Below are positions 11,869 to 21,613 of a stretch of 64,000 nucleotides of DNA, piece after piece. This stretch comes from Piromyces finnis finn (lineage: Eukaryota; Fungi; Neocallimastigomycota): positions 434,001 through 498,000 of the forward strand of contig MCFH01000032.1 of NCBI GenBank assembly GCA_002104945.1. The letters are read 5' to 3'. A program made the position numbers and the translations under genes. Numbering within the stretch: position 1 is the stretch's first letter; every line of letters begins with the position of its first letter. Under the pieces are notes generated by a model that made no database searches, had not been told where the DNA came from, and worked only from the letters and a program-made list of their open reading frames with translations.

Positions 11869-13309
11869 TGTAATAATTATTATCTTCAATTTAATAATAA
11901 TTAGTATTATTAAACTGAGAAGTTAAAATAAAATTTTATACTTATCTTAATAAGAGTTTATTATAAGGAAGTATAATAAACAACACAAAACTTTTAATGT
12001 TATTTAATTTAAAATATTTTATTAATATTGTTTTTTAATAAAGGTTATTTATTATAATAGTTCTTATAATAATAACTCTGGATTTTTAAGTGGAATTCCA
12101 GAGTTCTTTTATTTATAATTTTTTAATAATTTAAAGTTTAATAAAAAATTTCTAATCTTAACAAATAATCTTTTTAGGAAAAGAAGAAAAACCTAAAAAG
12201 ATATTCGATTGATAACTAATATATCAATCATCGTAATATTAAGTAAAACCGAATAAAATTCGGAAAAACCTTAATATCCGATTGTCCTAATATTTATTTA
12301 TATCTTCTAGTTGTTTCTATAAGTTATTTCAAGATACGATACATAAATATAAAATACAAACGTAAAATAAAATACATAATGTTTCTTATAAAATGTAATA
12401 CAAAAATTATTAAATAATAAAATAAATGAATGTTTACTATTATTTTAGATAAATTACTAAATTAAATAAATAATTAATTAATATAATAATTAAATAAATT
12501 TTACATTTAGTAAATGAATAATTAATATTAATATAAATAACTGTTTATAGTAATTTAAATGAATGTATGCTAATAATTTAAATAATTAATTAATTTAATA
12601 ATTAAAAAAATAATTAATGTCAAAATCACAATTCATGAAATTTGACATTTCATGAAATTTCATAATTTTGAATTAATAGTTAAATTAATTAAAATATTAA
12701 TTTAATAATATTTTACTAATAATAGTTTATTTAATATAAATATTAATTGGAAAGCTATTTATTATCCGGAGATAAATAGAGTGTAACAATTAATTAATAT
12801 TAAACAAACCAATTAGTAAAATAAGATTCATTTAAATAATTATTAATATTATTTTTAACAACTTATTAATATCGATATTTAAAGAAAATTATATTATTAT
12901 TACTATTATATTTTATTAATATTTATATTTATATTATTATACATGTATAACTTAAATTATATTATTATTATACTTTATTAATATCAACATTATATTAAAA
13001 ATGAAGTATAAATAAGTTGAACAAAGAACAACTTTAAGAAGTTCTTTGTGAGATTATTATACTCATTTTTATATAGTAAATTCAATATTTAAAATTAATA
13101 ATTATCATTTACTTATATTATAAAAATTAAATAAAATATTTCTTAAAAAACTATATTTATTACTCTTTTATTTATAAAAATTTATTATTTACTATATAAT
13201 TAAGCCTATCCTAACCTAGTAGACTTAATTATAATTCTAAATCCACTCTAACTCTTGACAATTAAATAAGAATTAATAATTATTCAATAAATAATTATTA
13301 ATTCTTACA
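11869..13309 (-). mobile_element. G-family solo LTR (about 793 bp net) carrying a nested LTR
   Basis: TGTAATAATT...ATTCTTACA with G-family motifs at 12070-12200; TSD GACAA at 11864-11868 and 13310-13314. Confidence 0.85.
12618..13260 (+). mobile_element. L-like solo LTR (643 bp) nested in the G-family solo LTR
   Basis: TGTCAA...TTGACA; TSD ATTAA at 12613-12617 and 13261-13265. TTCTTTGTGAGATTAT resembles the L motif TTCTTTGTAAAGATTAT. Confidence 0.8.
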
Positions 13310-14430
13310 GACAAATAAGTGTCAAAAAGCGATTTTTTATTAAAGAAAAGTGTGGTAAGCACACTAGTTATATTAATTAATAAATATAATACGCTTTCCT
13401 ATTGAAGGCGTAAAGCTAATAATATTTATATAAAGAAAATTAAATAATATTTTTATTTTAGCAATAACTTAATATCAGCATATATTAAGTTATTAAAAAT
13501 ATTAAAATTTTTAAAGTTTTAGGTTTTATAGGAGTTTATAAATTTTATTAACTTTAAGTTAAAAAATTACTAACGCTAAAGCTTCGTAATTTTTGTCAAT
13601 TTTTGTTCTTTTTATACATGAACAATTTTAATTATTACATTTTTTAATTTTAATTAATTATTATCTAATTATAAAATATTTAATTTTTATAAATTAATAA
13701 TTAATATAATTATTGTAAATAGTTAATAAATAAATTTAAATTAAAATTTTTAATAATAAAATTTTAATAATTTTAAAAAATTTAATAATTTCAAATATTA
13801 GAAATTTTATACTTTGAAATTTTTTAATAAAAATTTAAAAAATAAATTTTTTCAAATTTTCAAATTTTCAAATTTTGAAAAAATTTTTAATTTTTTCCAT
13901 GTGTCCAAATTTTTTAAATTTTTATATATGTTATTGTGACACTGCCCGTCCTAAGGGTCGTTTCGCCGGACGACCCAAAAAATTATGGACACTGGCACGT
14001 CATAATAATTTGGACATGGACACTTCCACGACACTAAGATTTTTTTTCAAAAATTGAGAATTTCCATTTTTTGAAAATTCTCAAAATTTTTCTAAGTGTT
14101 GAAAAAGTGAAGTGTAAAAGTGTTCAAGAAAAGTTGAGAGGGTATCACGTGGATTCTTCAGAAATGGAGACTACACGTGAAGGTTAGGGAAATGATATGA
14201 CTCGAGGGGAAGCGGATTTTGGGGTGCGGAAAAGGTTGCGAAATTTGAGGGTTGAGGGCAAAGGCGAAAGAGGGTGGTTGGGTAGCGGAATAGTGGTTGG
14301 TAGTTGTAGTGGTGGCGACTAGTGGGTAGCGGAGTTGTGGGTAGTAGGTGGGGTAGTGGCGATAGGTGGGTAGTGAAGGAGTAAGGGTGGTAGACACTAG
14401 TAGGTGGGGTACTAATAAGTGGGGTCCAGA

Positions 14431-17400
14431 TTAAGAATCTGGGACGGAATTGGTGAATTGTTGGTAAGCGCGACGTTGGTAATCAGCTAAAAGGGTGCTG
14501 TAGTAGTCATCCTTATCAATGGTGTCAGCATTGATCCAACGTTGAGATAAGTCAGTAAAAGTGACTAAGTACTCGTAAAAATGACCCGATTTACGAGAAC
14601 TAAGGATCTTGGTGATTTCATTGGAGTTGGGATGGTTGAGCAATAGATGGTGAGGAGTGGGATGATATGGTTCGAGTTCACTGATGTGGAATACGGGGTA
14701 GACACGAGGGAAAGGTGAGGTAGATAAATCAAGGCGGTAGTTGAGCTTAGATTCATCGACACCAGTGACCTTGTATGGACCATACTTGCGGGTTTGGAGC
14801 TTGAACGCTAATGGAGGATGATAATTAGCGGGTTTGCGAAGCCAAACAAGATCGTGGACCTTGAAGCGCTTAAAGTTGTGATAAAGGTGCTTATCCTTTT
14901 CATCGAGATAACGGGTACGACTGACTTCGAGAGTATGCTTAAGGTCAGCTAAATTATGGGAGAAGCTATCGATGAGGGGATGAAGTCCTAAAGAAGAAAC
15001 AAGGTCTGCAACTTGTGGGTTTGCGTGAACTTGATAATTATAAACGGAGAGAAATGGTGGTTGCTTGGTGGAAGCATGGATGGAGTTGTTGTAGCAAAAT
15101 TCAGCTAAGTACAAATGATCCATCCAACTGAGATCATCAAATTGAGCTAAGTAGCAACGAAGATAAGTTTCAACGTAGTCATTGTTACGTTCTACTTGTC
15201 CAACAGTGCGGTGATGGCCAGTAGTAGCAGAGTGGTGATCGATATTAAAGAATTCCATCAAGTGGGACCAAAGACGACTTTCGAACTGAGTACCACGGTC
15301 TGTAACAATAGATAAGGGGAATCCGTGCAGTTTGAAAATATGGTTAAGAAAAGCAGTAGCAGTTTCCTTAGCAGTGGGTAAATGTTTGAACCCAACTAAG
15401 TGTATCATCTTAGTTAAGTAGCAAGTAGTAACCATTATGGTACCTTGATGGTGGTTCGGATTGGTAGAGTCGAATGGTAAGGTAGAGTTACAAGGTCTTG
15501 ATGGTAAGTCCGTGATAAAGTCCATTTGTAGGTGTTGCCATGGAAGTTCCGGAAGAGGGACACGGATCATATTACCATAAGGAGCATGGTGATCGGTTTT
15601 CATTGCCTTGCATACACTACAGCTTCGAATATAAGACTCGACATCTTGACGCATATTAACCCAATAGAAATTACGTTTAAGAATGTCATAAGTCTTATCG
15701 ACTCCCAAGTGACCGGCAGTGGGTGCATCATGGTTGAGCTTAATAACTAAGAGTCTTAGTTGACTTGGAACATATACTTGCTCCGGATGTTTGGTTCTTA
15801 TTAAAAGGCCATCTTGAAGAATCCAAGGATGATCACTATTTGGAACTTCAAGATCCTTAAGAATCTGACAAGCGGTTTCATCTTGAAGGTAGCACTGCTT
15901 AATGTCGTCAATGAAGCTAGTTTCCATAGAGAAGTAGCATTCATCTTCGTTGAATCCTTCTAATTGAGTTGGTTTAAGTAAGGACGATTCACTTATATCC
16001 TTACCAACTGTGAGCATATGGTCGGATCTACGAGAGAGAGCATCAGCTTTACCATTTTTCTTTCCTGGTCGATAGATAATCTTGAAATCAAAGGTAGCAA
16101 AGTATTCTTGCCAACGAGCTTGTCTTTGGGATAGAAGTTGCGGTTTGGTAGCAAAAAGCAAGTTTCGATGGTCTGAATAAACGGTAATAGGATATTTTGC
16201 ACCTTGAAGTAAGTGACGCCATTCGATAAAAGCTTGACGAATTGCTAAGAGTTCCTTTTCGGTGATAGAGTAATTAAGTTCTGCATCATGAAGGGTTTTA
16301 GAAAAGTAATAAACTGGATGCAGGTCTCCATCATCACCTTTTTGTGAAAGTACTCCCCCGATAGCAAAGTCACTTGCGTCACATTCAACTATGAATGGTT
16401 TATCATGATCAGGACAAAGTAAAACTGGGGCTGAAGTAAGAAATTCTTTAAGTTGATTAAATGCTCTATTACACTCGTCTGTCCATATGAAAGTGACGCC
16501 TTTCTTAGTTAAATTGTATAATGGTTTTGCAATTTTAGAAAAGTTAGAGATAAAGCGACGGTAGTAATTGCATAACCCTAAGAAGGACTGAACTTCTTTC
16601 ACAGTAGTGGGGATAGGCCAGTTCTTAACTGCTTCAATTTTGTGAGGATCAGTTTTGATTCCCTCCTTACTGATTACGTGACCCAAAAATTCGATTTCAG
16701 CTTTGTGAAACTCACATTTTTTGAGTTTCGCAACTAAGTTGTTTTCAATGATTAATTGAAGAACATTTCTAACATGTTGAACATGTTCTTCAAGGGTCTT
16801 GGAGTAGATAATGATATCATCCAAGTACACTTGAACGTACTTATTAATTTGATCACTAAAGATATCATTAATGAAAGCTTGGAAAACTGCAAGAGCATTA
16901 GTTAGTCCAAAAGGCATGACTAAATACTCAAAGTGACCAAATGCCGTCCTGAATGCAGTCTTGTACTCGTCACCTTCTTTAATCCTAATTAAATTATAAG
17001 CTGACTTGAGGTCTAACTTAGTGAAATAGTTAGCACCTTTCATTGATTCAAAGACTGATAGGATTAAAGGTAGCGGATAGGCATTCTTGATAGTTTGGTA
17101 GTTGAGCTTGCGATAGTCAACGCAAAATCTTAGACTACCATCCTTCTTATCTTGGAGTAGAACTGGATGTCCAGCAGGAGATCGGGATTTTCTAATGAAT
17201 CCTTTATTCAAGTTTTCTTCAATATACTCCTTAATAAATTGACGTTCAGTAGGAGTAGTTGGATAAATTGGCCCATAAAATAATGAAGCATTAGGTTTCA
17301 AATCGATAGAACAATCATATACACGATGTTCAGGAAGTTCATCGGCTCGTTCTTCATTGAAGGCTTCATATAAATCTTCATATTCCAAAGGTATACCGTT

Positions 17401-19314
17401 GATAGATTCTACTAGTTCAGGATTCTGATCAATGGCTATGAAGACTGTTTCTGTTGGAATGGAAGTTGATTTATCCAGATTTGAGTCTTCGAGTTCTGTG
17501 ATAAACATAACTTCATGAATAGGTGTAGATTTCTTCAAATCATTCCTAAAGTTAGGAGATTTAATCTCAGATCCATTATGGTTGGAGAAAGGAACAGGAC
17601 CAATTTTAACTGTAAAGGAATGGTCAGGTTGTGTTAAGATACAGAAGAAGTTGGTTTTCATGAACTTAGAACCTAGGAGAATCGAAGAAGGAAGCTGATC
17701 AGCTACGTGGCATCGAAGTTTGTATTGACGAACCTCTTCTCGGGTTCCTCCTAAAGAAGATAAGTTCATTACAATGTTGAACTCTTCTGTGATGTAATGC
17801 ATTAGGACATTACCTCCCATGACCTTTACAACAGTATCAGCTGGTATGGTCTTAATTCCTAGTTTCTTCACTAAATCCATATGGATTACATTGGTAGTAG
17901 AGCCGGAATCTAAGAGAGACGAAGTGATAACCTGTCTAGATCCTTTAGAAGTTTTTACACTAGTCTTCACGATGGGATACTTCTCCGGATCAGGATTTGG
18001 TAGCTCTAAGATATCTTGCTCTTCTACTTCACAGAGATAGCTGGAGTATGAAGTACCATTATTAGGTTTAATACTTTTATTGGGATTTTGGGTACTAGAC
18101 TTGCTATCCAAGTTACTGGAGCCTTTTCCTTTTTGGTTAGACGGGCGGTTGTTGTTATTGTTATTCCTTTGGTTGTTATTACGATTGTTAGTCTTGTTAG
18201 GGTTCTTGGAATAAAGACTGCCATGAATACCTAATAAATTAGCTATTAAGGGCTCTTTGTCCTTGTAGTTAGCTTGTCTTTCCAAAGTATCATCGTAATA
18301 AGTATCCTTGGAAGCATCATATTTGATTAGAAGATTCTTCAGTTCTTCTAACGTTTGTCTATCCGAAGTTAACTTACTAAAGGCGTGGTTCACGGTAGGT
18401 CGAACTTGGAAAAGCATGATGGTTAATTGAATGTCTTCGGAACATCCAATTAATTTGACATATTGGGAGAATTTTCCTAAGTATTCGGAAGCTTTTCCCC
18501 AACTATGTCTGAGCTTCATCAGGTCGATTTTGGTGATGTTGATATCCTTCGGGTTAAGGAATCTCTTACTTAAAGCTTCGTAAAGAACTTTTCTATTCGG
18601 ATGAGATTCCTGGAAGTCTGCTTGTTCAACATCGTACCAATCTGCAGCATCACCAGTAAGACAATCTTCAATGAAGTTTACTTTCATAGCTTCATTGTTT
18701 CCATAGAACTTGATGTGTCTTAAGAAGTGGTGTTCGCATCGACGGATGAATCTACGTAATTGAATACTTTCTCCTGAGTAAGAAAGCATTTTTTCAGCGA
18801 CGTTTGGAGGCGAAGCATCTCCCATGATGACGTCACCGTCAGGTTCGTGAGGGGTAGTAGCAGAAGGAGTAACGGGAGTAGACAACTCATCAACTCTTTG
18901 AGTAGCCTTGCTGATATGAGCTTTGATATCAGCGAGTTGATTGTCTTTCCTAGCATCGTTGACTTCTAAGGTAGCCATCTTACCCATAATAACTTGAGTA
19001 GAGTTTTCCAAAACAGTCAAACGATCATTGAGACTTTCGTTTTCCCTTCTGGTAGCTTGAATATCAACCTTTAACTGATTGATATTCCCAGTTAAGGTAG
19101 CAGTTAAAGACTCAATGAGGGCCTTGAGATCCTCATTAGTAGTTGGCTTCTGAGTAGGATTACTCGTAGAAGCATTAGTTTGTCCGGAATGATTAGGCAT
19201 CTTTGATTTTCTTACGGGAGTATTTCCTGGGGAACGTTCTCTCTTGGTAGTTTGTAGGCGGTTAAAAAATTCTTTTGTATCCACTTTAATAGGTGTAAGT
19301 GGAGATTTTTCCAT
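14431..19314 (-). CDS. gag-pol: Element A Gag-Pol polyprotein, 1627 aa (Gag-PR-RT-RH-IN-degenerate chromodomain)
   Basis: LLDSGST (PR); YLDD (RT); ECDASD..EKELLAI (RH); HDAPTAGH..CSVC, DRGTQF and GPY (IN); C-terminal KILSSRK..YEYLVTF..W. Confidence 0.97.
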   Translation of the reverse strand: MEKSPLTPIKVDTKEFFNRLQTTKRERSPGNTPVRKSKMPNHSGQTNASTSNPTQKPTTNEDLKALIESLTATLTGNINQLKVDIQATRRENESLNDRLTVLENSTQVIMGKMATLEVNDARKDNQLADIKAHISKATQRVDELSTPVTPSATTPHEPDGDVIMGDASPPNVAEKMLSYSGESIQLRRFIRRCEHHFLRHIKFYGNNEAMKVNFIEDCLTGDAADWYDVEQADFQESHPNRKVLYEALSKRFLNPKDINITKIDLMKLRHSWGKASEYLGKFSQYVKLIGCSEDIQLTIMLFQVRPTVNHAFSKLTSDRQTLEELKNLLIKYDASKDTYYDDTLERQANYKDKEPLIANLLGIHGSLYSKNPNKTNNRNNNQRNNNNNNRPSNQKGKGSSNLDSKSSTQNPNKSIKPNNGTSYSSYLCEVEEQDILELPNPDPEKYPIVKTSVKTSKGSRQVITSSLLDSGSTTNVIHMDLVKKLGIKTIPADTVVKVMGGNVLMHYITEEFNIVMNLSSLGGTREEVRQYKLRCHVADQLPSSILLGSKFMKTNFFCILTQPDHSFTVKIGPVPFSNHNGSEIKSPNFRNDLKKSTPIHEVMFITELEDSNLDKSTSIPTETVFIAIDQNPELVESINGIPLEYEDLYEAFNEERADELPEHRVYDCSIDLKPNASLFYGPIYPTTPTERQFIKEYIEENLNKGFIRKSRSPAGHPVLLQDKKDGSLRFCVDYRKLNYQTIKNAYPLPLILSVFESMKGANYFTKLDLKSAYNLIRIKEGDEYKTAFRTAFGHFEYLVMPFGLTNALAVFQAFINDIFSDQINKYVQVYLDDIIIYSKTLEEHVQHVRNVLQLIIENNLVAKLKKCEFHKAEIEFLGHVISKEGIKTDPHKIEAVKNWPIPTTVKEVQSFLGLCNYYRRFISNFSKIAKPLYNLTKKGVTFIWTDECNRAFNQLKEFLTSAPVLLCPDHDKPFIVECDASDFAIGGVLSQKGDDGDLHPVYYFSKTLHDAELNYSITEKELLAIRQAFIEWRHLLQGAKYPITVYSDHRNLLFATKPQLLSQRQARWQEYFATFDFKIIYRPGKKNGKADALSRRSDHMLTVGKDISESSLLKPTQLEGFNEDECYFSMETSFIDDIKQCYLQDETACQILKDLEVPNSDHPWILQDGLLIRTKHPEQVYVPSQLRLLVIKLNHDAPTAGHLGVDKTYDILKRNFYWVNMRQDVESYIRSCSVCKAMKTDHHAPYGNMIRVPLPELPWQHLQMDFITDLPSRPCNSTLPFDSTNPNHHQGTIMVTTCYLTKMIHLVGFKHLPTAKETATAFLNHIFKLHGFPLSIVTDRGTQFESRLWSHLMEFFNIDHHSATTGHHRTVGQVERNNDYVETYLRCYLAQFDDLSWMDHLYLAEFCYNNSIHASTKQPPFLSVYNYQVHANPQVADLVSSLGLHPLIDSFSHNLADLKHTLEVSRTRYLDEKDKHLYHNFKRFKVHDLVWLRKPANYHPPLAFKLQTRKYGPYKVTGVDESKLNYRLDLSTSPFPRVYPVFHISELEPYHPTPHHLLLNHPNSNEITKILSSRKSGHFYEYLVTFTDLSQRWINADTIDKDDYYSTLLADYQRRAYQQFTNSVPDS

Positions 19315-19384
19315 TAAACTTTAATTATTATATTTAGTTATTAATAATTACTAACTAATTGGTGCTTAGCGCACTTTTATAATA

Positions 19385-19395
19385 AGCGTTAGTAA
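19385..19395 (-). promoter_or_regulatory. Self-priming PBS of element A
   Basis: TTACTAACGCT (minus strand) abuts the 5' LTR and is the exact complement of the LTR 11-mer at 19643-19653. Confidence 0.85.
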
Positions 19396-20019
19396 TGTCA
19401 AAAAGCGATTTTTTATTAAAGAAAAGTGTGGTAAGCACACTAGTTATATTAATTAATAAATATAATACGCTTTCCTATTGAAGGCGTAAAGCTAATAATA
19501 TTTATATAAAGAAAATTAAATAATATTTTTATTTTAGCAATAACTTAATATCAGCATATATTAAGTTATTAAAAATATTAAAATTTTTAAAGTTTTAGGT
19601 TTTATAGGAGTTTATAAATTTTATTAACTTTAAGTTAAAAAATTACTAACGCTAAAGCTTCGTAATTTTTGTCAATTTTTGTTCTTTTTATACATGAACA
19701 ATTTTAATTATTACATTTTTTAATTTTAATTAATTATTATCTAATTATAAAATATTTAATTTTTATAAATTAATAATTAATATAATTATTGTAAATAGTT
19801 AATAAATAAATTTAAATTAAAATTTTTAATAATAAAATTTTAATAATTTTAAAAAATTTAATAATTTCAAATATTAGAAATTTTATACTTTGAAATTTTT
19901 TAATAAAAATTTAAAAAATAAATTTTTTCAAATTTTCAAATTTTCAAATTTTGAAAAAATTTTTAATTTTTTCCATGTGTCCAAATTTTTTAAATTTTTA
20001 TATATGTTATTGTGACAAT

Positions 20020-20727
20020 TGTTACGGTTCAAGGAATTTACTTTTATTTATAAAATATTAATAAATTTATTAATACTCAAAAATAATATTAAAATGAAAT
20101 AAGAAAAATTGTTTTATTAATAAAATTGTTTTATTAAGATATTAATATAAAATTATAAAATAAAATAAAAAATAAAAATAAAAATATCTGTATATTCTCT
20201 AATTCTTATAATATACACCTTTTTATACTTTTTGTAAAAAATTAAGTAGTGTTAATTAAAAGAATTAGTCTTTAATTATTTACATTAATTTTAGTATTTA
20301 AATTACTTTTAAATGAATAATAAAATTACATTACTATTATAATAAATATTTATACATATTATTAAATTGATTAACATACATTAAAAGTTTACTTTAAATA
20401 TATTTAACTAAGGAATTTTACTACATTACAGAAATATTATTCATAATTTTAATTAATAAAAATTCATTAACTTGATAAATTAAACTAAAAGTTCAATAAA
20501 CTATAATTTTCAATATATTATTATTACTAAATTAATTTTTAAGTTTAATAAAATAAAATTTAAGTTCAATAAAAAATAATTATTAATAATTTTAAATATA
20601 ATTTAAGTGTATACATTAATTTACAAATAAGAATATTGTAAAGTTTTCATACATTTAGGAACAATAATGGATTAGGTCATAATCATTAATTATGACAAGA
20701 ATAACATTATTTGTTGGTTCCTTAACA
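20020..20727 (-). mobile_element. Solo LTR S (H family, 708 bp)
   Basis: Reverse-complement homolog of 62247-63071; 4-bp TSD CAAT at 20016-20019 and 20728-20731. Confidence 0.9.
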
Positions 20728-21613
20728 CAATTGCTACGGTTCAAATAAGATATCACAAAACACTTGAATAGTTATAAAAATAAAAATTTATTTAATTTTA
20801 ATTTTTATTCATTTAATTTATTTTTGATTTTTCAATTTTTAAAATTTTTCTCAAAAATCCTCGTACTTTTTCCAACTATCCATTATTTGAAATTTAATGG
20901 TTTTGGATAGCTAAGGATTTAAATTGATTTCATTCATAATATATGGATCATTCACTGTAACATATATTAATTAAATCCTTAATATATATTATGAATAATC
21001 TCTTAATATTTGAATAGAAAAATTTTTAATTTATAATTAATAAAATTTTAATTTATGATATGTGTAACATTTTTGCATATCATATATTATATATTTAATT
21101 ATGACATATAATAAAATTATATTATTCAATTAATTATGCCCTTTTTTAGACATAAATAATAATTTTTCTGTCGAGGTATCTTCTGTTTTGTGTGTAACAG
21201 TTGCCTCTTTTAGTAAAAATTATAATTAAATTCTATGTCATAATTTCAAATTATAAAATATTATACAATAAAGTTAATTAATAAAATAAACCTTAAATAA
21301 TAATAAAATTCCTATAACTATTTTAATAATAAAATTTTGTAAAATTTATAAGTATAAAATATTATAAGTAATTATACTAATACTAATAATAAAGGTCTTA
21401 AATAACTATATACAAATAATATAACTATATAATAAAAATATTAATAATTACTAGAAAAATGTATAAAAATTATATATTATAATTTTTATATTTTAAAAAT
21501 AGAGTTAAACACTAGTAAGGAATATAAATAGTTGAAGGTTAATTCCTAAAATTCTAGCTAATTCAACTATTTATGTTCATTCCTTAACAGAATGCCCTTC
21601 GTTAAAACTCAAG

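Larger units (their letters stand above)
13320..20017 (-). mobile_element. Full-length Ty3/Gypsy element A (chromovirus-like)
   Basis: Two 622-bp LTRs (13320-13941, 19396-20017), identical by eye, and an intact ORF. TSD ATAAG at 13315-13319; the right copy is split between 20018-20019 and 30251-30253. Confidence 0.97.

Noticed and set aside
4787-13319. CRISPR-like or satellite interpretation of the repeated short spacers
   Set aside because: The units are heterogeneous 400-1400 bp LTRs with TG..CA ends and TSDs, not constant repeats with unique spacers.
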